Source of the DNA: Paraspadella gotoi
Lineage: Eukaryota; Animalia; Chaetognatha
Length of the DNA stretch: 64,000 nucleotides
Direction: 5' to 3'
Assembly (NCBI GenBank): GCA_051294375.1
Contig: CM119266.1
Coordinates: 23,118,350 to 23,182,349 of the forward strand
The notes under the pieces were generated by a model. It was not told the origin of the DNA. It saw nothing but the letters and a program-made list of their open reading frames with translations, and did not search any database. Of this stretch, positions 14,318 to 26,780 are shown one piece after another (position 1 is the stretch's first letter; every line of letters begins with the position of its first letter). A program made the translations under genes and the position numbers.

Positions 14318-14909
14318 GTTAAGTCTTAAGAATAAAAGAAATAAAAATCGTACTGTGTGTCCCAGTGGTACTGTCTGTTAATAAAAGCTTATTGCTCCAA
14401 TACCAGATCGAAAAACTTTAAAATTCATTATCATCAATTAGCGCAGATGTATAGACCATTTTATAGGATACCTAAATTTTAGAAAATTGAACCAATTAAA
14501 CTCCTGTAGTTATCACACAAAGTAAATGGATAAAAAAATTTTATCAGTAATTTTTAAAAAAAGATTTTTAAATTAAATATATTTTTTTTAATATTTAATA
14601 AATATATTTTATGAAATTGGTACAACCAATATAAAAATTATCCAATTATAAAAAACTTTTAATAACATTTTAAGAAATAAATAGCAATCTTTTGTTCTGG
14701 CTTTATGATTCAATCGCTCACAACTTAAAATAATGTAATTTAAATATCAAAATAATTAACATATTTTTATTCATTTTTTTATTATATGTTTTTTTCTTTT
14801 CATCGCCTAAGTACTTTTTTTTACAAAATTAAAATTTGAATAATTATATTTATTTATTTTAAAATATAAAATGTAATCTAAAAATTTAAAAAGTGAAAAA
14901 CTAGGACTC

Positions 14910-15562
14910 TGAAGAGATAGTAATTAATGTTATGAGTTAATGACAGAACCGTTCAATATAAGCAGTCCCTGAGCTTCGAATCAGGCTGTAACACTGTGTT
15001 ACAGGCGGGTTAAGCGCCCTGTCCCTCTTAACTGCAAGGTGGCCACCGGGCTAGAACCCCGGACCTTTGGGTTGGGAAGCGAATGACTTGCCTCCGGCAC
15101 CAATGGCCGCTGATGAACGGTTGGTGGATTTTAGTCCACCATACATCCCCCCCTCCCGTAGGGAGAAGTCTGTTGCGTCTCTTCAGTGAATTGTTGTTGT
15201 TGGTGGAAAGTGCGGCACCAAGTTGAGGCATGTCGCCTGATGTGTTGTTGGCGGAAAGTGCATCGCCAGGTTGAGGCATGTTGCCTGAAAGTGTTGTTGC
15301 TGTTGTGTTCGGAAGTCAGGCTCACCAATGAAGAGATAGTAATTAATGTTATGTGTTAGTGATAGAACAGTTCAATATAAGCAGTCCCTGAGCTTCGGAT
15401 CAGGCTGTAACACCGTGTTACAGGCCGGTTAAGCGCCCCGTCCCTCTTAACTGCTAGGCGGCCACCGGGCTAGAACCCCGGACCTTTGGGTTGGGAAGCG
15501 AATGACTTGCCTCCGGCACCAATGGCCGCTGATGAACGGTTGGTGGATTTTAGTTCACCATA
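14910..15562 (-). mobile_element. Complete TRIM with tRNA-like LTRs (Helenus-like)
   Basis: Two 234-bp LTRs (14910-15143, 15329-15562) around a 185-bp interior. PBS TGGTGAGCC next to the 5' LTR, PPT GGGAGGGGGGGA next to the 3' LTR, and TSD ACTC (14906-14909, 15563-15566). Confidence 0.92.
15041..15108 (-). ncRNA. tRNA-like Pol III module within TRIM LTR (also 15460-15527)
   Basis: Minus strand GGCCATTGGTGCCGGAGG...CCGGGGTTCTAGCCCGGTGGCC: terminal GGCCA/TGGCC stem, A-box-like TGGTGCCGGAGG, B-box-like GGTTCTAGCCC in a T-arm-like hairpin. Anticodon arm is broken. Confidence 0.65.
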
Positions 15563-15828
15563 ACTCCTTTAAATTAAATGTTATACAATTAAAAATTGAT
15601 AAAAAAATGAATTCGATATATAGTATCATAAATGGTAAAAACTTATCTTTTACACCGGTATTTCAGAAATAAGATTTAACAACACAGTTCTGCACGATAT
15701 GTAAAAGTACCATAGTAAAAGTAAATTGTGAAATAGTGAAATGTCTGTGTCCACAACGAATTAATCAAGTCAAATTGTATATCTGCTGTTTTTTAATTAC
15801 TTTCGTCTATAAACCAACTGTATTTAAC

Positions 15829-17509
15829 GGTTCAATTGGGATTCCTCCCAACAGGATTCCTCCCACACGGGATTCCTCCCACACGGGTTTCCTCCCACAC
15901 GGGATTCCTCCCCAAGGGATTCCTCCCAATGGAATTGCTCCCACACGGGATTCCTCCCAAAGTAATTCCTCCCACACGGGATTCCTCCCAAAGAAATTCC
16001 TCCCACGCGGGATTCCTCCCACACGGGGTTCCTCCCCACAGAATTCCTCCCCATGGAATTGCTCCCATGCGGGATTCCTCCCATGCGGGATTCCTCCCAC
16101 GCGGGATTCCTCCCACGCGGGATTCCTCCCACACGGGATTCCTTCCACGCGGGATTCCTCTCACGCAGGATTCTTCCCTCACGGGATTCCTCCCATGCGG
16201 GATTCCTCCCACACGGGATTCCTCCCACGTGGGATTCCTCCCACGCGGGATTCCTCCCACGCAGGATTCCTACCACACAGGATTCCTCCCACGCAGGATT
16301 CCTCTCACACGGGATTCCTCCCACGCGGGATTTCTCCCACGTCCAATAGAAAAAAAACAGATTTGAGCAAACAATGTCGGATCTGCCTATGATAATCAAG
16401 TGGTAATAAGCTAACTTGGTCAACTTGCATAATTTAATCAACTTGCATTATTTAGTCAACTGGCATAATTTGGTCAACTGACATAATTTTGTCAGCTGGT
16501 ATAATTTGGTCAACTGACAAAATTTGGTCAACTGGCATAATTTGGTTAACAGGCATAATTTGGTCAACTGGCATAATTTGGTCAACCTGCAGAATTTGGT
16601 CAACTGGCATATTTTTGTCAATTGGCATAATTTGGTCTATCAATCAATCAATCAATCAGAGAGAGATAGAGAGAGAGAAACTTTAAAAAATTAAAATAAA
16701 TGTGTCTTTTGGTTTTCTAATTTGAACTCTTTTCCACAACTACGATTACATCAAAAAATTTATATCCAGCTTTATCACATACTTTCCTACCCACACACAA
16801 AATTTTATTTTAATGAATCAATTTTTTTCCTTGCAACAAGAACATGCAACTAGAAAGATAATCACAATTTAAGGGGAGGAATCCCGTGTGGGAGGAATCG
16901 CGTGTGTGAGGAATCCTGTGTGGGAGGAATCCCGTGTGGGAGGAATCCCGTGTGGGAGGAAATCAGTGTGGAGGAATCCCGTGTGGGAGGAATCCCGTGT
17001 GGGAGGAATCCCGAGTGGGAGGAAACCCGTGTGGGAGGAATCCCGCGTGAGAGGAATCCCGTGTGGGAGGAATACGTGTGGGAGGAATCCCGTGTGGGAG
17101 GAATCCCGTGTGGGAGGAATACCGTGTGGGAGGAATCCCGTGTGGGAGGAATCCCGAGTGGGAGGAATCCCGTGTGGGAGGAATCCTGCATGGGAGGAAT
17201 CCCGTGTGGGAGGAATCCTGCATGGGAGGAATCCCGTGTGGGAGGAGTCCCGTGTGGGAGGAATCCCGCGTGAGAGGATTTCTTTGGGGAGGAATCCCGT
17301 GTGGGAGGAATCCCGTGTGGGAGGAATTCTATGGGGAGGAATTCCATGGGGTGGAATCCCGTGTGGGAGGAATTCCTTTGGGAGGAATTCCGTGTGGGAG
17401 TTATCCCGCGGGGAGGAATCTCGTGTGGGAGGAATCCCATGGGGAGGAATCCCGCGTGGGAGGAATCCAGTTGGGAGGAAACCCGTGTGGGAGGAATACC
17501 ACAGCCACC
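15829..17509. mobile_element. Foldback/Mutator-like element with TIRs made of 18-bp tandem arrays
   Basis: ~GGGATTCCTCCCACAC arrays in inverted orientation (15838-16340 and 16872-17500), GG...CC termini, and a 9-bp TSD GTATTTAAC (15820-15828, 17510-17518). Confidence 0.85.
16355..16830 (+). mobile_element. HINE fragment nested in the foldback spacer
   Basis: Same 5' end TTTGAGCAAACAATGTCGGATCTGCC, followed by an 18-bp array TGGTCAACTGGCATAATT (16455-16637). Confidence 0.7.
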
Positions 17510-17547
17510 GTATTTAACTCATAAAAAATTATTTTTCATTAATATAG

Positions 17548-17641
17548 ATCAAGACTTTTCAGCCAGAAAAATTTTATAATGCTGCTATATCTTACATGAA
17601 AACGAGAGATCCTAACGTTTGGATTGACGTGGTTGCAAGAA
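17548..17641 (+). CDS. Exon of CNGK-like channel: inter-repeat linker
   Basis: tatag/gtaagg splice sites, phase 0->1. Open frame IKTFQPEKFYNAAISYMKTRDPNVWIDVVAR in otherwise stop-rich DNA. Confidence 0.7.
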
Positions 17642-19307
17642 GTAAGGTTAATATTGATGTAAAGATGAAAGAAACTCGGCTTGAAAAGTGAGTTCGTTTT
17701 TCACCTTTTTTAAAAAGTTACTTTTTGTACTCCAACCATAACAGAGGCTATATTAAATGTATTTTCAAAAGTATTTCATAAATAATTAATTACTAATATT
17801 TTCTTTTAAAATTTTGTTTGTCATTTATTATGACATTTGGCCATATTTTCTCGTTTCATCTTCAATTCAGAATTAAAAATGACGTGAAGGGTTTGGGATA
17901 GGGGATAGGTTAGGTAATAGGGTTAGAGGTTTGTGATTAGATTTGGTTAAAGATTTTGTTAAGGATTAAGGTTAATGATTTGGGCTTGTTTACAAAAGTC
18001 GCGAAGAATTTTGTTACATTGGTTAGCGTTCTACGGTCGCGAATAATTTTTGAGACACCAGTTTTCTCATATACGGCCCAAGTTACTGACCTACCACATT
18101 AAGTGTCACATGGGTATACTTTAAGATTTTTTAGGTTTCAGAGCTGGCACTTTTTTGTTTCTTTCACATTCTCTCTGCCCTACCGTGTATTGCAATATAA
18201 TTTCCAAAAAAAATTTAGATATTTTAAGTTTTTTTAATTGATTCTGTTAGAGCTCAAAAAGTTAAGCAAAAAATGTAATTACAACTTTTTAAAATTTTAA
18301 TGTTTTATTACTGAAAATTAAAAAACTGCTAAAATTATCGGATGATAATAATGATGATAATTTTATAAGGTTTTCCTAATTTTAACCCACTTATCATCAA
18401 AATATTTTTAAAAAAATTATACTTTGTTTCCACAATTTCTTTTCGAATTTAAATATATACAAATTATACATTTACAATTATTGAACTTTCTAAATTTTAA
18501 AAATTTTATTGGAAAAATCATTAACGCCTCATATTTAAATAGAAAATAATACGTTTTGGCGTAGTTTTTACGCCACCAGCGCCAACAAAAATGTAAAAAA
18601 TAAGAAATCAAAGCTGAATGCAATACTTTTTTAATTAAAAAAAAAGCGTTTTTAAAAATTTTAGTTGAATTGACGTCATTCAGTTGGCGTAATTCCCATA
18701 TTTAAAAAACAAACTGCCAATTAATGATCAAAGTACACTTCGTAAGGTTTAAATCAATCGAATGAAGAAAAAAAGTATTTTTTAATTTTTTGTGCAATAC
18801 CTTAATTTTGACAGTTCTATTGTTTCTGCAAGCTGATTGGTCGGAGCCGATTTCATTTCGACCAATCATGATTCGGTGATTCCATTTCTGCGGCGATCGC
18901 CCGATCCTCCAATCCGGTTTCGTTTTAGGGAATGTTGATTCTCCTGCGATGATATCGAAGTATGATAAATTATGCCAAAAAAATGATGTCCATCCGTTCG
19001 TCCGTTGGTCCGTCTGTCTGTCTGAAGGTCCGTTCCATGCCAGATGAGCAAATTATGCCAGTTGACGAAATTTTTCCAGTTGACCGAATTATGCCAGTTG
19101 AACAATTTTTTTAGATTTTTTTGGAATAAGTTTCATAATTATCTGGAAGCGTTTTATGCATTAAGATGGATGAACTTTTATTTTTTATTCCTATTTTTTA
19201 GCAAAAATATAATGTTTTCAAACAGTACACGATAGATGATTTTTTTTACAATAGATGGTAATTTTTTTTTTTTATAATACCAAAAACAGTATTGCCTAAA
19301 TCAGATA

Positions 19308-19879
19308 CTATCTAGGAAAAAAGTATATAACATTTTTAACAAAGGATATCTATTTGAAAACTTGTTTGATTTTAAAAAAAATGTTTCCTAATCTACATTT
19401 AATTTCTTTTCAGTAGCTTCCTTCCAATTTTTTGTAGGTTAAATCGTTTAGAAGTTACAGCCCAAAAATATTGTTACTTGAAATAAAATATAGCAAAAAA
19501 AATTAAATATAATTTTTTTCCATTTTTAGAATTTAGTTATTTGTTTTTATTTTTAATAGAGTTAGTTATTTTTTTTTTTAAATTTGGCAATGCTAAAGGC
19601 CTTGCACCTTTTTTTGGTTCATAAAAGTGTTATTATACATTTTAGAAAATAAGTAAAGATATGCAACATCATCATCGGGGCTGAAAAAAAATTATGTTAA
19701 AGATGTGGAAAAAAATTTTACTGTCATACCTCAATTTGCTGTATGAGAGCATGCCCAGACTAATGCAGGTAGTAGTCGATGCCAAAAAGGGTATACCAAA
19801 TATTGAGAATGTTTTACCCATATTTTGTATACTTTTTATTGAATAAATGAATTATGTTATAAACTTTTTTCCTTGATAG
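19308..19879 (+). mobile_element. Internally deleted Tc1-like transposon
   Basis: TIRs CTATCTAGGAAAAAAGTATATAACAT / ATGTTATAAACTTTTTTCCTTGATAG flanked by TA. Transposase C-terminal remnant LYESMPRLMQVVVDAK..TKY* at ~19660-19806. The left part recurs at ~42848-43120. Confidence 0.82.
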
Positions 19880-20084
19880 TAGATGTTTATTTTAGGAAGG
19901 CTAGTATTTTTTTTAACGTTTTTACTTTTTTTTAATTTTTTTAAATTTTTAATACCAAAGACAGTATTAACATAATCAGAAACAATAACAGTGTAAAAGA
20001 CTGAAAAACAAGTAAAAACTAAACTGCATATTGAAATTCAATGAAAATAATCTTAAAAGAATAGGATCGAGACTACCTTCAATA

Positions 20085-20285
20085 TTGATGCGATGATAAT
20101 CAAATATTGATGCGATGATAACCAATAATTGATGCGATGATAACCAAATGATCGATGTGATGTTAACCAAATGATTGATGTGTTAATAACCAAATGATTG
20201 ATGCGATGATAGTCATTCATTGATGTGATGATAATCATTCATTGATACGATGATAGTCATTCATTGATGCGATGATAGTCATTCA
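20085..20285. repeat. 18-bp minisatellite (ATTGATGCGATGATAACC-like)
   Basis: Direct reading; related reverse-strand arrays at ~6375-6600 and ~9495-9690. Confidence 0.85.
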
Positions 20286-20529
20286 TTCATTCATAAATAA
20301 AACTGACAAATGCGTGTATGAGTGAAAGAGAGAGAGAAAGAAAGAGAGATAGAAAGAAAGAGAATAAATCCACGAAAATCTCGGATGTAAATTTGGGATT
20401 TTGCATTGAGGAAAAAGCACGGAATAAATAGCGATAATAAAAGTTTTTAAGGGAACATAATGATGGGGTGGGTGTTTTTATGAAATCATAACGTTTAAAG
20501 CTTGATCTTAAGTCCACTTCAAAAAGCTA

Positions 20530-23500
20530 CAGTACCGGAAACCTAGAATGTCGTAAGTCTGTACATGGGATAACTTTTCCATTTATAGGATTAATGGCTT
20601 TAGGATTTTATAGGAAGTTGCCTGGATGGCTGGCTATTGCCCATTTAAGCAATTTTTCAAAAAAATAATCTTAAACCACTTAAGAATTGGGTCAATTTTT
20701 TTTTTAAAAAACTTGCATAGCTCTAATATATTTTAAATTTTTTTCTTAAAATTTTGCCAACTTATACTCAAGAGGGTTTGTAAACTTCTGTAGAAATATT
20801 GTTACTTTCAAAAATTTTTTTTCCATATTTATTAGTGCTAATATTTTAGATGGGTCATTTTTTCAATGATGCATAACTTCCTTATTTGTGAATATTACGT
20901 TTTAAATTTTAGTAATAGGTGGGCCTTGGGTAGTCCTCAATACATATAAATTTCAATCATTTTGAAAAACTTTTTGACACAGGTCAATTTTTTATTTCAA
21001 ATTCAATTGTCAATCCTGCTAAAAATATTATTGCAAATAATGTTATTCTTTGCCTATAAATTAGTTAAAACATATTTAAAATAAGCCTAAAGCAAAAAAT
21101 TTTTCTCAACATTTTTAAAAACTCATTTGCATATTGTTGCATTTTATATTTTTTAATTTTTTTCACATAAAACTAAATCCATTTTTTACAAATTTTTGGT
21201 ACACAAATAATATATAATCAAACCTTTAACAAATATACCATCAAACGCTAATTTTTAAGAAATTTCAAATATTTTTAATTATTTTATATATTACTAAAAT
21301 TATGATTTTAATAAGCATTCTGCTAACTTTTTCAAAGTGGGGCATCATTGAAAAGAGGGCAACTCAAGAGATATCCAAATATATAATTTTTTTACACAAA
21401 TTTAATGTCCCAAAGCTAGAGATAATTCTTTCCAAAGTGCTCAAAAAATTGAAAAAAACACAACTTTTTAATTGTTAATAAAAAAATGCGACTATGATAG
21501 TTTTGTTTCAATACTTAGTAACTAGGTCAAGAATTGTTCATATTTTGTGGTGAAGTCATGTCCATGGAAGAAAATAAATATTATAGTAGATTCCTCAATC
21601 GATTTTTAAATTTGGCTGAACATTTTACTCTTTTTTACCAAGTTTTTAGAGTATGCTAAACGTTTCTCTGATTACGCAAAATAGAATTTGAGAAATAAAA
21701 AATTAATAGTATCAATAGTTGGTGTTATGTCTCAAATAGATGGGAAAAAAACCTTGTTTAAAAATTTGATCTGGAATAGGGGTAACTTAGGCGTACCAAT
21801 GGCATTGTCCATGCCAATCGTTCTTTCAAATAATTTTTTTTATTTAATACATTTGAAAGGGGAAAAAAGGAAATTCGAAATGCTGGTGGTATGAAAGTTA
21901 TAGAAAATCTGGCCATGGTGACTTGATAATCAAGACCTTTTATGTCTTGTGTAATGGGGGCAGTAAATAGACCCAAAAAATTCAATCAATAAGTCAGTCA
22001 ATCAACCCTTTCAAATAGACTGTTCTGCAAAATTTTTTCTCTTCACTCAAAAATTTATTTTCTTCACTAAAAAATTTCGCAGAACAACCTATTTGAAAGG
22101 GTTGATTGACTGACTTAATGATTACATTTTTTGGGTTTATTTACTGCCCTCATTACGCAAGACATAAAAGGTCATGATTTTCAAGTCACTATGCCCGGAT
22201 TTTTTATAACTTTCATGCCACCAGCATTTTGAATTTCCTTTTTTCGCCTTTCAAATGTATTAAATAAAAAAAATTATTTGAAAGAACGATTGGCATGGAC
22301 GATGCCATTGGTACGCCTAAGTTATCCCTATTCCAGATCAAATTTCTAAACAAGGTTTTTTTTTTCATCTATTTGAGACATAACACCAACTATTGGTACT
22401 ATTAATTTTTTATTTCTCAAATTCTATTTTGCGTAATCAGAGAAACATTTAGCATACTCTAAAAACTTGGTAAAAAAGAGTAAAATGTTCTGCCAAATTT
22501 AAAAATCGATTGAGGAATCTACTATAATATTTATTTTCTTCCCTGTACATGACATTACCACAAAATATGAACAATTCTTGACCTAGTTACCAAGTATTGA
22601 AACAAAACTATCATAGTCGCATTTTCGATTAACGATTAAAAAGTAATGTTTTTTTCAATTTTTGAGCACTTTGGAAAGAATTATGCCTCTGCTTTGGGAC
22701 ATTAAATTTGGTAAAAAAAATTATATATTTGGAAATCCTTGAGTTGCCCTCTTGTTCATGCATGCCACTTTGAAAAAGTTAGCAGAATGCTTATTAAAAT
22801 ATAATTTTAGTAATATATAAAATACATTAAAAATATTTGAAATTTCTTAAAAATTAGGTGTTTGATGCGTATATTTTTAAAGCGTTTGATTATATTACTT
22901 TCTGTGTACCAAAAATTTTAAAAAAATGATTAGTTTTATGTGAAAAAATTTAAAAATTATAAAATGCAACAATATGCAAATGAGTTTTTAAAAATGTTGA
23001 GAAAAATTTTTTGCTTTAGGCTTATTTTAAATATGTTTTTAACTTGATTTATGAGGCAAAGAATAACATTATTTGCCAATAATATTTTTAGCAGGATTGA
23101 CAATTGAAATTTGGAAAACAAAAAAAAATTGACCTGTGTCAAAAGTTTTTCAAAATGATTTGAAATTTATATGTATTGTAGGAGCTACCCAAGGCCGCAC
23201 CTATTACTAAAATTTAAAACCATAATATTCACAAATAAGGAAGTTATGCATCATTGAAAAATGACCCATCTAAAATATTAGCACTGATAAATATGGAAAA
23301 AAAAATTTTTTGATAGTAACAATATTTCTAAGCAGAAGTTTACAAACCCTCTTGAGTATAAGTTGGCAAAATTTTAAGAAAAAAATTTAAAATATATTAA
23401 GCTATGCAAGTTTTTAAAAAAAAAATTTTGACCCAATTTTTAAGTGGTTTTAAGATTATTTTTTTGAAAAATTGCTTAAATGGGCAATAGCCAGCCATCC

Positions 23501-23595
23501 AGGCAAACTTCCTATAAAATCTAAAGCTTTTTATCCTATAAATGGAAAAGTTTTCCAATGTACAGACCTTACGACATTCTTGGTTTCCGGTACTG
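20530..23595. mobile_element. ~3.07-kb palindromic Tc1/mariner-type non-autonomous element
   Basis: Ends CAGTACCGGAAACC / GGTTTCCGGTACTG, each flanked by TA. The arms align as inverted repeats up to a centre near 22050. Confidence 0.9.
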
Positions 23596-24289
23596 TAACT
23601 ATTTTTTATTACAAGAAATAAGATTTTAAAATTAGATTAAAGAAGAAAACTTCATGTAATAGGTGTTACTTCGGAAAAGGGCACGTAATAATAGAATTTA
23701 TATGTGAGGTTTTTGAATACAGAATGGTGATTAAAGAAAGAAGAAAAAACAAATACAAAACAAAAAAAAAAAAATATAAAAGTATAAGGATCTCGCCACA
23801 AAATCTAGATCAAGTAAGTTATTGTATTTTGGGATTTTGTATTGAGAAAAAAGCGCGGAATAAATGGCGATAATAAAAGCTTTTAGAAAGAAAAAAAATA
23901 ATCATAATTTTTCAAAAAACGAACGGTCACGCAAGAGATGGTACAGAGAGAGACAGACACACACGGAGAGAGAAGAAAGAGAGACGGAGAGAGACGGAGA
24001 GAGACGGAGAGAAGCGTAACATTTCTGCCGTTTAAGTTATTCTTCACTTTTTCTAAAATAAATCCACGAAAATCTCGGATGTAAATTTTGGATTTTGTAT
24101 TGAGAAAAAAGCGCGGAATAAATGGCGATAATAAAAGTTTTTAGAATGAAAAAAATAATCAGAATTTAAAAAAAAAGAACGATCACGCAAGAGATAGTAC
24201 AGAGAAAGAGAGAGAGAGAGAGAATATTGAATATTGAAAGCAAAAGTGAGGCCCTAGGCCAGTGTTTTACACTGCCTTTAAAAGCTACT

Positions 24290-24780
24290 TTTTTGAGAAA
24301 TTATTACTCATTTCATATAATAACGAGAACTGATGTATTCTACTATTCATCTAGGTTACAGATTGTGTGCGCTCTTTCTAATTCGCAATTTAAACATTTA
24401 CTCGTGTCAGAAACTCGGTCCCAACCCAGCAAAATTTCTATTGGAGAAATGTTAGTATAAACAGTGTTTGGAGCAATGCGATCAATGATACTATCAAATA
24501 ATGAGTTTGTAAAAATAATACGTTTTAATCTACGGGCTGAAATATTACGTATATAGTCAGAGAGTGGAATCATACTGGCCGCATCTAAAGCAATATCTTT
24601 ATCAATATGTACAGGAAGTTTATGAAATATTTTAATAGCATGTAGTTGTAATTTGTCAAATTTCTCCGTGGTATTTACCAGCAGTTAGAAAACAGGGAGA
24701 TGAGTATAAAAATAATGATACCACAAGAGATGAAAATAAATGGTGAACAAGATTAAAATTGTCTACGCCAAACCTATATA
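24290..24780 (-). mobile_element. LINE ORF2 C-terminal remnant
   Basis: Minus-strand peptide HLFSSLVVSLFLYSSPCF...KFDKLQLHAIKIFHKLP...IPLSDYIRN resembles the post-RT region of I/Jockey-type LINEs. Frameshifted. Confidence 0.7.
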
Positions 24781-25115
24781 AAAAAATCTTAAAAGCATAA
24801 GGATCGTCGCAATAGTTTAAGAAAAATCTGGATTGACGACAAATTTTGATACTAAAAAAATTCAAATTTAAAAAAAAAAATTATAAACAGAAAAAAAAGA
24901 AGAAAAGAATAAATAAAGAATAGAAAGGAAAGAAAAGATAGAAAAAAAAAAGAAATAGAAAGGAAAGAAATGAATAGAAAGGAAAGAAAAGAATAGAAAG
25001 GAAAGAAAGAATAGAAAGGAAAGAAAGGAAAGAAGAATAGAAAGGGGAAAAAAAGAAAATTAATTTATAAAACAGAAAGAAAAAATTCTATTTGTTGCGA
25101 TTGTCAATTTACAGT

Positions 25116-26310
25116 TAGGGTTCCGTTAACCATTAATTTTTAAGGAACTTCGCTTAACCGTTTAAAACTAACGTTTTTTATCGGTTAAACCGTTAAAATC
25201 GGTTAATTTTTATAATTTAACTTTAAATTTAAAATATTAATATTTAAAACTAAATTAAAGATTTAATGGTATTTTTCTCCTTATCTCCGGCTCCTCTCCT
25301 GAATCGTCTTTATCTTCTATTTCAGATGGATGAGGTACACATTATAGTTGATAAATGAGAAAATTGGTTTGAGAAAAACTATCTTGAATCTACCCATCAG
25401 CTAATCATATAAAGCATTATAATAAATCTTTTTTTTGACTCATAGCATAATAAAAATATGAAAAAAGACAATGAAATAAAAAGCCCAATGTTAATTCTAA
25501 TTCTGTATATTTTGTTTTCTCTTTCTCTCTTTCTCTTGTTTTCTTTTACTTTCACTTTTTCTATTTCTCTTCCTCATTATTTTTATAGTTGTTAGTTTCT
25601 TGAAAGCATGTTTCCTGTTATTAGTCTTCCATAAACCATGACTATAAATATAATTATGAATATTGTGTTAAGACTTTCTTTTCATTGCTTTTATATATAA
25701 GTAAAAGCAAAGTTTATTTGTTTACCAACAACGTGTTTTATTAAAAAAACGGACATGTTTCGACTCTCACGCGCTGATGTAGACTCAAAAAAACTAGAGT
25801 CAAAACATGTCCGTTTTTTGGAATAAAAACCCGTTATTTGTTAACAAATAAACTTTGTTTTCTTTTAATTATGAATGTCAATTTATTAATTGAATAGTTG
25901 AATGATCGATTGATCAAAAAAGTTATTAATTAATATTTTTTTTAAATTTTATTAAAGTAAAGTATATCATCATTGAAAGATAGTTTTAGTTAGCTTTAAT
26001 GTCTTTTCAAAGATTTATTCCTTCTATTGTTCATTTTTTAAATGTTTTCTAATAAATTTTAGTTTTTTTTAAATTTATTCGTTTTTATTTTATTTACTTC
26101 TTTGTTCATTTTAAAAAGCGAAAGAAAAAGTGAGAAAAAGTAAAATTAGAAAGATTATTTATTTTTTTATTAGCAAAATAGAATATTATTGCATGTAAGA
26201 ATTTTATTTGCAAAAAAATATATGCAGATGCATATTATATTTCAAAATATTCTTTGATGTAAATGTATAAAATTAACTGAAAGGAAAAACGAAAACAATT
26301 AAGAGAAAGT
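25116..26310. mobile_element. Second, truncated copy of the hAT-like element at 11041
   Basis: Collinear similarity with ~11041-12050, plus a ~205-bp insertion. Confidence 0.7.
25662..25865. mobile_element. Mini Penelope-like insertion with inverted ends and a decayed hammerhead
   Basis: Absent from the paralogous site at ~11560 and flanked by TAATTATGAAT duplicates. Internal inverted repeat ~25709-25767 / ~25795-25856. Contains CTGATGTA-GACTC..GAGTC-AAAACATGTC. Confidence 0.75.
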
Positions 26311-26477
26311 AAGTAATGATTTTCTTTCTTTTCGTTAATTTAGAGATTTTTAGGAATAACAGTTTGTGTTTTAACGAATTTTAATCATAGTTTATAGGAC
26401 ATGTTTCGACTCATGTTTTTAGAGTCTTCATCAGCGTTTTGATTTCAACAGAATTTTTATCAATAACATTGAGTTTC

Positions 26478-26513
<36 letters not shown>

Positions 26514-26780
26514 GACAGACATCGGAGTAAGATAGGCAGAACTAAGCCAGCAGAATGGTAGATTGAGGTATTGCGAGCAACGATGGGGCACGAGCGTGTC
26601 AAGCGAAGTGGAGTGAGGGAAAGGACAGGTGAAGGTAAGATCAGAAGAGAATTAGGATGAATGGTTGAAATGTGAAAATTGAAGGAGAGAGATAGAGAGA
26701 GTGAGAAATATATAATTACATTTGGTAATGTACAACAAAGATAAAATGAATAAATAGGCAAACTTAATATGTTTAAACTA
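26310..26780 (-). mobile_element. Penelope-like 3' remnant
   Basis: Hammerhead plus (AG)n tract and shared motif TACATT(T)G..AATGTACAAC, as in the other Penelope-like remnants. Confidence 0.65.
26393..26439 (-). ncRNA. Minimal type I hammerhead ribozyme (stem I decayed)
   Basis: Minus strand CG-CTGATGA-A-GACTC-loop-GAGTC-GAAA-CATGTC. Confidence 0.75.

Noticed and set aside
15105-15125. Hammerhead in the TRIM LTR (CTGATGA), which would make it a retrozyme
   Set aside because: No stem II followed by GAAA; the motif sits in a simple hairpin loop.
15838-17500. CRISPR array or repetitive proteins from the long ORFs
   Set aside because: Contiguous 18-bp units without unique spacers, no cas genes and a eukaryotic context. 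The ORFs arise because the period is a multiple of 3 and the unit has no stop codon.
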